Positions 38,821 to 52,911 of a stretch of DNA of 64,000 bases are shown piece after piece. The notes beneath the pieces are model-generated. The model ran no database searches. It saw nothing but the letters and a program-made list of their open reading frames with translations, and was not told where the DNA came from. The position numbers and the translations under genes were made by a program. Every line of letters begins with the position of its first letter. Within the stretch, counting starts at the first letter, position 1. This stretch comes from Octopus vulgaris (Eukaryota), in NCBI GenBank assembly GCA_951406725.2, contig OX597816.1:65162001-65226000 (forward strand), in the 5' to 3' direction.

Positions 38821-38874
<54 letters not shown>

Positions 38875-38904
38875 GTATATATATATATATATATATTCTT
38901 TAAT

Positions 38905-39342
38905 TCCTTAACTTGTCTCAGTCACTTGACTGCAGCCATGCTGGAGCACCGCCTTATCGGGTTTTTTAGTCGAAGAAATTTACCCCAGAACCTATTCTTT
39001 GTAAGCCTAGTACTTATTCGATCGGTCTCTTTTGCCGAACCACTACGTTTTGGAGACGTAAACTCACCGACATTGGTTGCGAAGCGGTGGTGGGGGAGAT
39101 GGTCAAATGCAAACAAAGACACACACACACACATAGATATATACATATACATACACGCAACAACCCACTTTCCGTTTCCGTCTACCAAATTCACTCAGAA
39201 AGGCTTTAGTCGGCCCGAAGCTATAGTAGAAGTCGCTTGCCCACGGTGCCGCACAGTGAGCCTGAACCCAGAACCATTTGGTTGGGAAGCAACCATACAT
39301 ACATATATATATACATATATATATATATGCATATATATATAC

Positions 39343-39409
<67 letters not shown>

Positions 39410-39585
39410 GATATATATATATATATATGCATTCGGTTTATATCAGTTTCCATGTAACAAATCCGCTTACAAGGCCTTGGTTAGCCGGCCCAAGGATATA
39501 GTAGCAGACACTTGCTCCAGGTGCCATGAATGATCCCGGAGCCGTGTGGTTGTGAAGTAAACTTGTTACCATTCACTCACGACTG
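38905..39585 (-). mobile_element. SINE (18905 family) plus a second head fragment
   Basis: Body at 38905-39295; degenerate head at 39435-39585. Confidence 0.85.
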
Positions 39586-39618
39586 CTACTAGTAAGTCTC
39601 GAGTTTCATTCACCGTAT

Positions 39619-39704
<86 letters not shown>

Positions 39705-40559
39705 CGAGTGTGTGCGTTCGCGCGCGTATGCGTGAAAGGATGAGATAAATAATAAACACAAGTGCGATGGCAATCAAGATTATAAGAAACAAAAAAGGAT
39801 AAAGTCTAACACGAATACAAGAGTAAGTATATAGTAAATAGCTAATGGGAGTTTCTTAAGATCTGAGGTGCTGGGAAATGGGGTTAGGAGCAAATCATTC
39901 CTAGAAACAAATGATTGATGGATGTAGGCTAACGAAGTCATAGAATATATGCAGAAGTAAAGGGTGGTAAAAAAAAACGAAACGCTTATAGTAACATTAA
40001 TGAGATAAATATGGCGGATGATTACAGGTTTGTGGGGTTATAAAGATAACGAAACAATATGAAGGTGAAGAATTTCTGTGTCAAGTGATTAAAGAGAGAG
40101 ATGTTGTTTTTGAAGAACGACTAAAATTGTTGATGTTGAATTCGATAAGAGGTTTCGATGTACTCAATTTAGAAAGTAATAAACTAAATTTCGCTGCGTT
40201 TGGTGGGGAGGACTTGGATTAGTTAAAGGTGAAGGTAGTACATCTTGTTTAAGGAAGTGTCAATATTAACAGAAACTGAGAAACGCACACACATATATAT
40301 ATCTATACACATACGTGTTTATGTCCCTATGTTTCTGTGACTGTATCAGCGTTTTCATACGTACACATCGATTCGCTCTTGCGTACGTATTCAAATATAT
40401 CACAAAGGGGGGTATGTATGAATGTGTATCTATAGGTACGATTACACACGTACACAACATGCACACGCAAAACTGTCAATGCGAGCACCCACATAGTCGT
40501 GCATGTATATATTATTTGTACTTCAATATTCACATATATACTAATACTCACGCGCTTAC

Positions 40560-40702
<143 letters not shown>

Positions 40703-40747
40703 CATACATACGTATATTCATGTATATATATATACATATATACATAC

Positions 40748-40822
<75 letters not shown>

Positions 40823-40832
40823 CATACACATA

Positions 40833-41352
40833 TGGAGGTGCAATGGCCCAGTGGTTACGGCAGCGGACTCGCGGTCGTAGACCGGGCATTGTTACGACAG
40901 CGGTCTCGCGGTCGTAGACCGGGCATTGTGAGTGTTTATTGAGCGAAAACACCTAATGCTCCTCGAGGCTCCGGCATAGGGTGGTGGTGAACCCTGCTGT
41001 TCTCTTCCACCACAAATTTCTTTCACTCTTTCTTCATGTTTCTGGTGTACCTGTATTTCAAAGGGCCAGTCTTGTCACACTCTGTGTCACGCTGAATCTC
41101 CTCGAGAACTACGTTAAGGGTACACGTGTCTGTAGAGTACTCAGCCACTTGCACGTTAATAAATAAGCTGCGACGTCAATGGTGCCAAGCTGTATCGGCC
41201 TTTGCCTTTCCCTTGGATAACATCGGTGGCGTGGAGAGGGGAGGCTGGTATGCGTGGGCGACTGCTGGTCTTCCATAAACAACCTTGCCCAGACTTGCAC
41301 CTCGGAGGGTAACTTTCTAGGTACAATCCCATGGTCATTCATGACCGAAGGA
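40833..41352 (+). mobile_element. Chimeric/abutting SINEs (55860-family head + 1092-family 3' part)
   Basis: GGAGGTGCAATGGCCCAGTGG head with an internal duplication; from ~41160 it matches 1228-1420. Confidence 0.85.
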
Positions 41353-41395
41353 GGTCACAATATATATACATATATATATATATGTATATATAAAT

Positions 41396-41449
<54 letters not shown>

Positions 41450-41487
41450 ATATATATATATATATATTTATATATGTATATATAAAT

Positions 41488-41543
<56 letters not shown>

Positions 41544-41599
41544 CATTAATAAGGATAATGATAATATATCCCCTTTAGACTCATTTTTGTAATGTATGT

Positions 41600-43450
41600 C
41601 CCTTCACATCCTACACCACAAATTCTCAATGTTCCAAGACCCCCAAGTGGTTTACTCGTAGCTGCATTATAGCTGTTTAGATACAAATCAAAGCCCACAA
41701 CGCCTGGAGAGTTTCAGGCGCTCTACAAATCTTGGTGCCGTTCCCACAGCACCCACCGGCCGTCAAGTTTTCGCATCCCTCAAACTACAAAGTTGCTTAA
41801 TAAAAAAATCCCCCCCAACTTCGCGAATTCGTCTTCTTTTCTAAAGAATGGGAGCTCTGTAAGCAATATTTCCATAGAAAAAAACTAGTTTTTCGCTCAA
41901 ACTACAGAATATTTTCCTTCAGTTCTTTCAAACAAACAAGTCTAATGTCCCTTACAACGCTCCTTTCATTACAAATAAGAGATGCCTCCTACACTCACCA
42001 AACTCGTTAATCCTCTCTCACTCTCTACAAGAATGCATCCTGATATTTGAAACATCTCGGTAAGTCCGATTCCAAAGAAAGACAACACCTTTGGAACAGC
42101 CATTTCTCGTCGTACTGTTCTTACTTCTCACATCGGCCAACCTTTTAATGGCTGTCTCTATTACCTTAAAAGATAAGGGAGACTCCTATTAGCAATGAGA
42201 TTCAACTACACCTTGAATCTTTTTTTTTTTATTCACTTTATCTCCTCAGTGGCCATCGGAACTTCTTCTACAAGGTTAGATCCCCTAGGGAATCTACTCT
42301 CTTATGCCACTCACAAGTTTTATTTTCGCGTAAGAGAAGTTTGGGGACAGCATAATTGTTGTCCTAGACACCACTAGAGCTTTTTACCATACCTTGTAAA
42401 CAAGTATCTAATCAATTCTTCCCACTTTAGACTCCCTCTTTCTCTCAACTCTTAGATCGGTAACTCAAGTATGTTTGCAGCATCGTGGCATGTTTTGTTA
42501 GAGTCCTTTGTGCCCTATTCTCAATCAACTTTTGTATTTCCTAGGTTTCAGTTTTGCGCCGCACACTCTTCCTTCTTTACATCAATGGCCAATTTCGCGA
42601 CTTATCCAAGATTCCACACTTCTGCAGACGATACGTCTCTTCAATCTTCTCTAATATCCAAACCATACATCATCCCCATGCAGCCCAGATATCTCTCGCC
42701 AATCTGCATTGATTACATAAACACAGACATCGAGAGCATCTTTCTGTGGAGCCATCTAAACCAAGTTTTATTTTAACAGCACTACTCATGTTAGGAGAAC
42801 ATTATCCCACCATCCGACATTTAACATAAATGGCATTCATCTAGATCTGTAACGGTCATTCCAAATGTTGGGGCTCAATATCTCCTAGTATATCTCCCGA
42901 TGAGAATCTCATCCTTAGCATAGTTAGAGTGGCATCCCTAAGAGTGGCTCTTTTATTCAGGTTCAAAAGCACAGGCAAGATTCACAAGGGTTTGCTACAC
43001 CCACATCTGGCACAGCGTTGCTACTATACAAGCAAACATCTTCAACTGCATCCAGAGAAGAGACTCTCAGCTAACTGGAATTCATTCTCTAATAGACTTG
43101 CTTCAGTCTCTGGTTTGCGAGTAGGCTGTTTCCTCTTCTCGTCTTTTCTCTCTGCTCTTCTGAGGTGTCTGACTGGTTTCATACCTCAAACACCCAGGCG
43201 TTCACACCCCACTCGTTTTTCAAACTCTCATCATTTGTGTTGCATCCAACTCCTTCAGTCACATACTAACAATTATGCTCACTCCTTCCTCCGAGAACAT
43301 CAGTTCTCTTCAACTTCCTCTCAGCTCGTGTGTTTCGTGAAGGTACTCATCTACAACAGTTTAGCGGAACATTAATGGTATTAATCTCAACGGTTTAGAA
43401 GGCCACCAAAGATTAGACAATGCTCCTTCTGCCAGGCACAAGTAAAACCA
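41600..43450 (+). mobile_element. Highly degraded non-LTR retrotransposon (CR1/Jockey-like RT and C-terminus)
   Basis: HTSADDTSL (YADD motif) at ~42615-42642; SHPTRFSNSH...NNYAHSFL C-terminal signature; many disruptions. Confidence 0.7.
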
Positions 43451-43694
43451 TTAGATATGTATATATGCGTGTGTTAATGTGTGTGTATGTGTGTATACAT
43501 AAATACATGCATACATAGAAACCTATTCAAAGAACATATCACACGCATACAGTGCATGTGCGTCTATGTATTTATGCACCTGTGTGTATATAGATAGAAA
43601 GATACACACATACATACATACATACATACATAGATACATACATACATACATACATACATACATACATACATACATACATACATACATACATACA

Positions 43695-43728
<34 letters not shown>

Positions 43729-44531
43729 CATACATACATGGTGGCTGCCCCCTCGTTATCTTACCATTGTAAATTTACCTCTTAAACTAAACTTAAATTT
43801 CCTAGCATGACATACACTGAGAATTGACTGCATATGAGGCACTCTCTTTTGCTCAGATATGTATTAATTTTAGTGTTAAAAATCTGGGATCCACCATCCA
43901 TCTTAGAATGTCTTCTCTCAGAATTTCAAATCAATATAGCTTCAGGGCAATTCTAAAAATACTTTGCATAAAGAATTTATTCATATGTTCAAAGAAGTAT
44001 TCGTAATTTGTTAAACAAAATTAGTCTTGTTTTTGGTTTCTTCTTTCTTTCTCTGTAATATAAATGCTAGACAATTCTTCATACATAAACATGTATGCAT
44101 AAATAAATTTATACAATGCACGTAATTTAACACGTACACACTTATACATATACGTTTATATAATATATATGCATCAGTAAGTATATATCTCGTCTCCTAT
44201 TAAAAATCTGTGTTCAAGAAGTTAAAACTCACAAGGTATACGGTTATATTCAATTCTGTAATAATCATATATTTAGTAGAAAGGAAGACACGTAAGCGAA
44301 AACACATAGATGTATATACACATGCTATAATAGATAGACACATAGAAACCTATAGAAACTGAAACACACAAGCGCAAAAGTATACATATATACACACATA
44401 TTGTTAGTTATGGTTCAGAAGTTCGTTTCCCCAAAACTAGGTCGAGCTATTGGCATAGCTTTTTCAGGGTCATACAAACATGTCTAATTAACCACTTTCT
44501 TTGTAGATTGTAAAATGTGGCGAACAACGTT

Positions 44532-44570
44532 TATCGATTGTCGACCTTTATTAGTGTCTCATCAGAGGCG
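44532..44570 (-). ncRNA. Degenerate minimal hammerhead-like motif
   Basis: CUGAUGA-GAC(actaataaag)GUC-GAcAA-UCGA-UA: one inserted base in GAAA, palindromic AUCGAU, stem I not paired. Confidence 0.4.
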
Positions 44571-44687
44571 TTTACGTCACTTGATGAATCCCTAAGAAAC
44601 ATGTAGCCAATACGCTGATACACACATCTAATCTAGTGGCTTTACAAAAAATGCATACATGCATACATACATACATACATACATACA

Positions 44688-44721
<34 letters not shown>

Positions 44722-44989
44722 CATACATACATACATACATATATACATACAGACATACATAAACACGTATATACATATATGCCTACATAACCACACAACT
44801 GTGCCTGCGCCCATATCAAGTCCCAACAATATTCATTTCATCAAATATTTCATGTAAGGTTTGCTTTTTAGCCGCGTTGTTTCGAGTGCGATTCCAGTGT
44901 CGCATATCTTGGACATGTGTTGTCTATCATAGAGAAATATACAAAATTTTGTGAGAGAAACCGAAAAGTCTCTGGTTTTTGAACGACGT

Positions 44990-45630
44990 ACATGAATATT
45001 TGATAAAATATGTATATAATACTCAACATTACAAATGCATTTGTCATGCCTTAGTCTGTATTAACAAAGCATTTATGGGTGCTATAAAACGCAGAGGAAC
45101 ATAACTTTTCGTTTGTTTTGAAGAATAGAGAGAAATATTTGTTTAAGTTCGATGAAATTTTGTGATTTGGAGTGGGCATATAGACATTCATTATCTTGCG
45201 TCGCCCAGTTTAAAGAATTAAACGTACATGCATCGAGTTATAGTGACTCACTTGCACCTTCCCTTCGTCAGAAATTAGGTGAATCATTAATTATCTTGCT
45301 AAATATATGCAATCAACGACGCTATATAAGATGTATATATAGAAGTGATATTTAATCAGTATAAGTGAGTTTACATGTATCACAATTAGATCTAAATTAC
45401 GACAATTTGATTGCTAGCCCGACTTGTTCTCTTTAGAGGTTATAAACCCAATATTGCTTCAAAGTAAAGAGTAAGGGGAAAATGTCTTATATAAAAACCA
45501 TTCCACATGATCTATTATAGGTAACACAATATGTTTGTGTGTTAAGTGGTGATAGGCGTAAACAGTCCAGCAAATTGCACTATAATTGAAATAGATTATA
45601 CGAAGCGATATATGATATAGGCCATTTGAA
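44990..45630 (-). pseudogene. Decayed iGluR/IR-like gene, copy 5: M1-M2-M3 region
   Basis: WFLYKTFSPYS (cf. LFLVSRFSPYE); KQYWVY...EQVG; ITSIYTSYIASLIAYI at 45349-45302 (cf. LIIISSYTANLAAFL). Confidence 0.6.
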
Positions 45631-46577
45631 TTCACATATATGTATGTGTGTGTGTATGTTTGTGTGTGTGCGTATTCAAATATGTATGTGTGTATATATA
45701 TATATATATAAATATATATACATACAAATATATATATATATATACACACATATATATTTATTTATTTACGTACGTACATACGTACATGTGTATATACTCA
45801 TATACATATATATATATATATGTGTATATATATATATGTATATATTGTTTAGTTATCAATTCACACTATATGTCAGATTATGTCTTCCTTTCCTTTCTAA
45901 TACAAACTGCATTATATCATATGTATGTGTATGTACGTACGTGTGTGTATATATGTTTGCCTCAGTGTGTGTGTGTGTGTGTGTGTGTGTGAATTCTACC
46001 CCCTTAATATTTAGGTGTGTTTATATATTTTGGGAACTTGTTGATCTTGCCCCGATATTTTACACGACTTCAAATGCTAAATAGTTACATAATTAACAAT
46101 AGGTTATACAATGCCAAGGCTAGGAGAACGTTACAGTTTGCGTCGAGTTGGACTGATTTCTCAAATGAATTAAAAGAGCAGATTTCAAAACGACAATCAA
46201 AAACGAACTAAAATAACGTGTATAATATTTTAACCATAATTTTGCGATTAATTCTATCAATTAAGAAAGGATTAGCAATAATTTTCTGGCTAATGTATGT
46301 TATTATCTGCATCATTTTAACGTGTCACATTAGTTCCTGATTAATTTCATGAATATTTGATTAAAATTGTATATAATACTCTACATAACAAATGCATTTG
46401 CCATGCCTTAGTCTGTATTAACAAAGCATTTTTGCGTGCTATAAAACGCAAAGGAACATAACTTTGCGTCTGTATTGAAGAATAGAGAGAAATATTTAAG
46501 TGCGATAAAATTTTGTGATTTGGAGTGGGCATATAGGCATTCATTGCCCTGCGTCACCTAGTTTAGAGAATTAAACA
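44991..46577 (+). repeat. Dispersed direct duplication of ~230 bp (44991-45223 and 46348-46577)
   Basis: Both start CATGAATATTTGAT and share ACAAATGCATTTG.CATGCCTTAGTCTGTATTAACAAAGC...GAATTAAAC. Confidence 0.9.
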
Positions 46578-47571
46578 AAAAGTATTTTCACGAACACATA
46601 TTAGTTTCAAATTGTAGCACAAAGCCAGCAATTTCTGGATAGGGTACTAGCCAATTAGATCGACTCCACTGAGCACTGGAGTCAATGCAATTGGTACTTG
46701 TTTTAACGATCTTAAAAGAATAAAAGGAAACGTCGACCTCAGAGGAATTTGAAATCAGGACGTAAAGATGGAGAAATACCGCTAAGCATTTTTTCCCGTC
46801 GTCCAAACGATTCTACCACCATGTTACCTTTCTTCAGATAGACATATTACTGTTGCTTTCGTTTTAGCCCCAGATCAGGACGTCCCAGCCGTAACCATTC
46901 CAGTTCTAATTCCGGCATAGTATATCTGGAACTCCATGTATTAATGTATCTGGGTATGCATGGATGAATACATGTATGTCTATGTGTGTGTGTGCCTGTG
47001 TGGCTATGCGTGCGTGCGTGTGTGGAGTAAGTACTTTTTCAGTTAACTGCTCCTCATATTTGATTGAACGTCATCCAAAATAATCAAAACCCTTGAGATG
47101 TAGTTTCCTCAAGACTCTAATGAACTTGTCACATTGTTTTTTTTTCTTCTTAAGACCTTAGACAGTCAAGCTTATCTTGTAGGCTCATAAGTAAAAACAG
47201 TCTAGTAAGAACCATAACTCATTCTATGGGGTTTGAGGCGGAGAGATTTAAGGTTTCATTACCCGGTACGTCTTCCACTTTTCAAAACATTGTGATATTT
47301 AGGGGTATTTTGTTTCTCTGGCATTTATAGCATGGATTGTTACTAACAACCAATAAACTCATTAGTTAGTTCCATTAGAGTAATTTTTTCGCGATAATTT
47401 AAAAAATCTAAATAAAGCTTCAACGAGAAAATGACAAGTCAAATAAAATACTGAAGAAGTTAAATATCTTAAAATAATCAATCCTTCATAATTAATAATT
47501 ACAACATTTTACTGCATAATGATAGAGATAATTATATGAGAAATGCAACATGACATTGTTGTTGTAAATTT

Positions 47572-47580
47572 ATCATCATC

Positions 47581-47642
<62 letters not shown>

Positions 47643-47647
47643 TATCA

Positions 47648-47712
<65 letters not shown>

Positions 47713-47719
47713 GTTATTA
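47572..47719. repeat. (TCA)n(TTA)n microsatellite
   Basis: Directly visible; it abuts the 3' end of a Dong-like fragment. Confidence 0.95.
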
Positions 47720-47961
47720 TATGTTTGACTTTTGCTTTATATTTGTACAAGTTGGCTCCAAGTCTCACCCAGAGACCTCAAGAGACAACAGGTTGGAAGT
47801 TCGTATTGTTGTTATGCCTAGTGTGCCATATTAGTTTTATATTTAGTGTTGTACAAGTGAATGTCTAAAAAAAACCATGCCAAAATTATGTTTGTTTTAA
47901 AACTTGAGATTACATAGAAAGTATTTTGCGTAGGATATGAGCAGTTACCATAAGCACTATC

Positions 47962-47964
<3 letters not shown>
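47720..47964 (-). mobile_element. ~245-bp 3'-end copy of the R4/Dong-like LINE, flanked by (TAA)n
   Basis: Homologous to 48041-48319 (last codons + 3'UTR). Confidence 0.9.
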
Positions 47965-48040
<76 letters not shown>

Positions 48041-48041
<1 letters not shown>

Positions 48042-51000
48042 TATGTTTGACTTTTGCTTTATATTTGTACAAGTTGGCTCCAAGTCTCACCCAGAGACCT
48101 CAAGAGACAACAGGGTTGGAAGTTCATGTTGTTGTTATGCCTAGTGTGCCATATATTTGGGGGGTGGGGATGTTGTACTAATGAATGTCTAAAAAGAAAA
48201 AAAAAGTTTTTTTTTTTTTTTTTTTTTTTAAACCGAAAATTATGTTTGTTTTAAACCTTGAGATTACATAGAGAGTATTTTGCGTAGGATATGAGCAGTT
48301 CCCATGAGCACTATCTTTTGAACTTCTGCCATTTTTGGGTTTCCTGGTATCTGAGTTAAGTAGCTATCAGCCCCTTTTGCTATCATTCCCAGGGCACCTA
48401 TGACAACAGGTATTGTTTTAGTCTTCAGCTTCCACATTTTGCTGATTTCTATTTCAAGATCTTTATATTTGCTCAGTTTTTGGTAGGTCTTGACAGATAC
48501 GTTTATATCGATTGGGACAGTCATATCAATGAGGAGGCATGTTCTTTGTTTGAAGTTTTTCAATATGATGTCTGGCCTATTTGCATTTATCTTCCTGTCA
48601 GTTTGAATGGTGAAGTTCCAGAGGAGTGAGATGTGGTCATTTTCAAGCACTGGGGGTGGTTTGTGTTCCCACCAGTTTTTTTCATGGGGCAAATCCAGGT
48701 TTTTACAGATTACCCAGTGAATATATTGTGCAGCTCTATCGTGCCTGTTGAGATACTCTGTAGGCGCTAGAAGACTGCACTTGGAGACCACATGGTCAAT
48801 GGTTTCATTTTGTTGCTTGCATACACGACACGTTGGACTGCTTCTGATCTTTAATATGTTGGCCTGGTAGTTTCTTGTTGGTAGGCATTGATCTTGAGCT
48901 GCTATGATAAACCCCTCTGTTTCAGATTTTAAGCCAGAGGCCATTAGCCATTGATGGGTCGGGGCTTTGTCGATATCTGCATTATTCGCTCTCTTTGGGT
49001 ATTTGCCATAGAGAGGTTTTTCTTGCCATTTATTATTCAGAATATCTAAGGCCGCAGTTTTGGCACGAGTTTTCATGCGCCTAGCTTTTTCTGTGCTTGT
49101 TTCTTGTATATCTATCTCTAATTCCGAAATTGGTTGTATTCGGAATTCACTTAGATATTCCTTTGCCTGTTTTGTGACTGAGTATGATGCTTTCTTGTTT
49201 TCATGTTTTGAGACAAGTTTTAGCATCCAGTACTCAGAGTTTTTCAGGTAGGTGTCTAGGCCAATTGTAGCAATCTTCATTGTTATTGCCAGTTGCAAAA
49301 GACCACGGCCTCCCTCTTCTTTGGCAGATAGAGTCGTTCTGTATCTGCCTTAGGGTGGTGCATTCTATGCATTGTCAACAGTTTCCTTATTTTTCTGTCG
49401 AGCTGACATATTTCAGTAATTGACCAGTTAACAATATTGAAACTGTAAATCACGACTGGTATAGCTAATGCATTGATTGCTTCGATCCTGTTTCTTGCAT
49501 TCAGCTCTGTCTTGAGTATTGCTCTCACTCTTCGATAGCATTCTCTCCTGATCCTTTCCTTCATCTCTGAATGCCTTATTCCGTTCCCTTCAATTATCCC
49601 TAGGTACTTGTAGCTCTCCGCTGGGTCTAGTTCTTTTATGACATTCTGTTGGTCAAGGTTAACGTTAGATGTTTCTGTCATTTTTCCTTTGATAAAGGTA
49701 GCCTTTGCACATTTATCGAGGCCGAATTGCATTCTGATGTCGTCACTGAATTGTTTGACTATCGCTAGTAAGCCCTTGAGTTGTTGATCATTTTTTGCAA
49801 AAAGCTTTAAATCATCCATGTAAACGAGATGATTTATATTTTTATCAAACATTTTATACCCGTACTGCGCGTCATTGAGCAGCTTTGAGAGAGGTATTAA
49901 GGATAAACAAAAGAGGAGTGGTGACAGTGAGTCACCCTGGAAAATGCCACACGAAATTTTTACATCACCAGCATTTAGGGATTCACTGTCACTGTTCAGA
50001 GTTAGTGTGGTTCTCCATGATCTCATACTTACAGTCAAGAAGTTTCGCAGAGTTGGTGCTATCTTATACATTTCAAGGCATTTCCTAATCCAGCTATGTG
50101 GTAGGCTATCAAAAGCCTTTTTATAGTCTATCCAGGCTATTGATAAGTTTTTGTGTCGTTTGTGACAATCTTCTAAGATCATCTTATTGATGAGTAGTTG
50201 GTCTTTACAGCCGTAGGATCCACGTTTACATCCTTTCTGTTCATTAGGGAATATGCTGCTGTCTGTTAAAAAACTATAGGTATATTCCGTCAGGACAGAT
50301 GTTAGTGTTTTGTACATAGTTGTTAAGCAGGTTATGGGTCTATAGTTTTTTGGTTCATTTGTTTCTTCACTTTTTGGAAGCAGGAATGTTAACCCATTAA
50401 CTAGCCAAGGAGGCATCCTACTAGGGTGTTGCAAAACATCATTGTACAGTTCTGTTAGCAGTTCATGGCTCTCTGGGAAGGCATTCAGCCAGAAGTTAGG
50501 AATTTTATCCTTTCCTGGAGACTTCCATTTGCTTGACCTCCTGAGAGCAGATCTTATATCTTCTACCTTGACACCCTCCCACTTTTGCTCTTCTAAGGGG
50601 TCCAGTTCTGTAGATATTCTGTCAATCCAGGGGCCTTTTCGTTGTGTGTTTTTTCTTCTGCCCAGATTTTATTCCAAAATCTCTGCACTTCTTCTTTTGA
50701 TGGTACAGACCCTGCAGTAAACGCTGTTTTTCCTATCTTCCTGTAAAAATTCTTGGTGTTATTTTTGAACATGTTGTTGTCCTTGAAAAATCTAACACGC
50801 TTTTCATACCTCGCTATGTGGGCAGCTTTGGCAGATACCTTTTGTTTGATGGTTTCTATGGTGGCATCAATAGCAAGTATAGTTTTCATATTGTATTTTT
50901 TCAGTAATTTTGGGGTTTTTGTAGGTTTGGTAATCTTGTGAGCCTTAAGGTTTTTCAAATATTCAATGTCAGATCTAAATATTTTAATTTGTTGTTGCAG

Positions 51001-52211
51001 ACGCTCTTGCCAAGAAGGCTTTTTGTGGGACTGTTGCCGTTTTCTAATCTTTACACCACATAGGATCGTTGAGATTTTCGCGGATGCATAGTATAGGTGG
51101 TTGAGGTTTGTGATATCAACATCATTAACTGAAATTATATCCTTAAGTGCAAGCCGGATTTTACCAATTATTTTCATGTTTTGGTTAGAGTTGCGGATTT
51201 TAGGAAGTGTATCACGCTCATCCATGCTGGTTTCTTTAATTTTCAGCCATTCAATCATGATTTGATTTTTAGCTCATGTAGTTCTGTTGGGTCAATATTT
51301 GTGTGACTTTCTTTATCTATTTGATGCTCATCTGTCTTAGTGTTTATGATTGGTTCAGGGCGTATTTCACTTTGCCTATCACTTATACTAACTCTTTCAA
51401 TCCTCTCTTCGTTTTTATCCGCCCTGGGCTGGTCTATAATCATTTCCTCTGTATTATCTTCTCTAGCTGCAGCTTCGTTCATTTTATCCGATATTGCTTG
51501 TCTAACCTGATCAATCTCTACTTCAGTCAGTAATTTCTTTTTTATAATGTTTCTTCTAACATTGGCAAGCTTGTTACTGTCTATGTAGGGTCTTACTTCA
51601 GGGTGTTTCTGTCTCCAGTTTAAGTATGCTTGTACAGTGCTAGACTTATCTGTGGGGAAATATATGGCATGGTAGAAGGCCTCAAGAACTTCTTTATTAT
51701 CTTCCCTAGACCATTTTTCCTTCTTTTTCTTTTGATTATTTGGTGATGAGCATGGATGGCCATCTGTTGGAATATTCCGGTTGTGGGGTTCGTCCAGCTC
51801 CTGTGTGTTGGGAAGATTTGATCCAGTAACTGATTTTTCAATCAGGATTTGGTTCAATTTTCGGGTACGTGGTCTTTTGTAATCCGCGCAATGACCAATG
51901 CGGTTTATTGTTTGATTTGTTGACCTTGAAGCATGACGAGCATCCATTCTTATATTAGGAGATGGATCTGTCAGTTTAGGGTTCACTACGTGTAAGCATT
52001 GCTCATAGCGCCGCTTCTTAAGACTAGCAGATCTATATTCGTCTGTATTTTTTTTGTTGATAGTTTTATCTCCGGACATTTTTTTTTTTTTTTTTTTCCT
52101 TTCCTCCTCTTCCTTTCTTCAAGGCTTACTGTGTCTGTATTAGTTCGAAATAATGAGAATAAAATACGGAGAAGGAAACGAAAAGAAAGGGAAAAAGACG
52201 GGATCTGTCAG
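48041..52211 (-). mobile_element. Near full-length R4/Dong-clade non-LTR retrotransposon inserted in (TAA)n
   Basis: RT + CCHC + restriction-like endonuclease; 3' end abuts (TAA)n at 47965-48040; TTA-rich tract resumes at ~52212 (5' limit uncertain). Confidence 0.93.
48264..52079 (-). CDS. Single RT-RLE polyprotein (~1270 aa if three -1 frameshifts are repaired)
   Basis: WKSPGKD, NYRPITCL, IDYKKAFDS, GIFQGDSLSPLLF, YMDDLKL, YKYLG, CRVC...HVVSKC, RHD, RPDII..IDMTVP, KLSKY. Breaks at ~51265, ~50632 and ~49321. Confidence 0.9.
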
Positions 52212-52364
52212 TTATTATTGTTATTACTATCATCTTCACCACCATCACCATCATCAGCAACATCACCATCACCATCATCATCTTCAATGACATTGTTTTA
52301 TGTGTAGCCACAGCCACCATCAACACTCCATTGTGTTGGAGAATGGGTGGTTAAAGAATGGGTG

Positions 52365-52399
<35 letters not shown>

Positions 52400-52414
52400 C
52401 ATTATTATTATTAA

Positions 52415-52840
52415 AGAAGCCGCAAACTGGCAGAATCATCAGCACACTGGACGAAATGCTTACCTCTATTTCACCAATCGCTGCGCTCTGAGTTCAAATT
52501 CTCCCGAGGTCACCTTTACCTTTTATCTTTTCGGGGACGATAAATTAAGCACCAGTCAAGTACTGGAGTCGATGTAATTGACTCAACATCTCCCCAAAAA
52601 TTTGTGCCCTTGCGGCAAAATTTGAAACCAATATCATTATTATTAAGGCGGTGAGCTAGAGAATGCTTAGCGGCATTTCGTCCTTCGTTACGTTCTGAGT
52701 TCAAAATACACCAAGGATGACTTTGATTTTCATCCTTTCGAGATCGATCAAATAAGTACTATTTGAACACTGGCGACGGTGTAATCGATCTATTAACCCC
52801 ACCCTCACGAATTTGCTGGCCTTGTACCAAAATTCAAAAT
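52415..52840 (+). mobile_element. Two older SINE copies (GGCGGCGAGCTGG family)
   Basis: CTGAGTTCAAA B-box and TTTCATCCTTTCG body, each followed by TTA repeats. Confidence 0.8.
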
Positions 52841-52867
52841 CATTACTATTATTATTATTATTATTAT

Positions 52868-52910
<43 letters not shown>

Positions 52911-52911
<1 letters not shown>

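Noticed and set aside
52098-52211. HDV-like ribozyme in the LINE 5'UTR
   Set aside because: The sequence is pyrimidine/purine low-complexity and I could not build a nested double pseudoknot.
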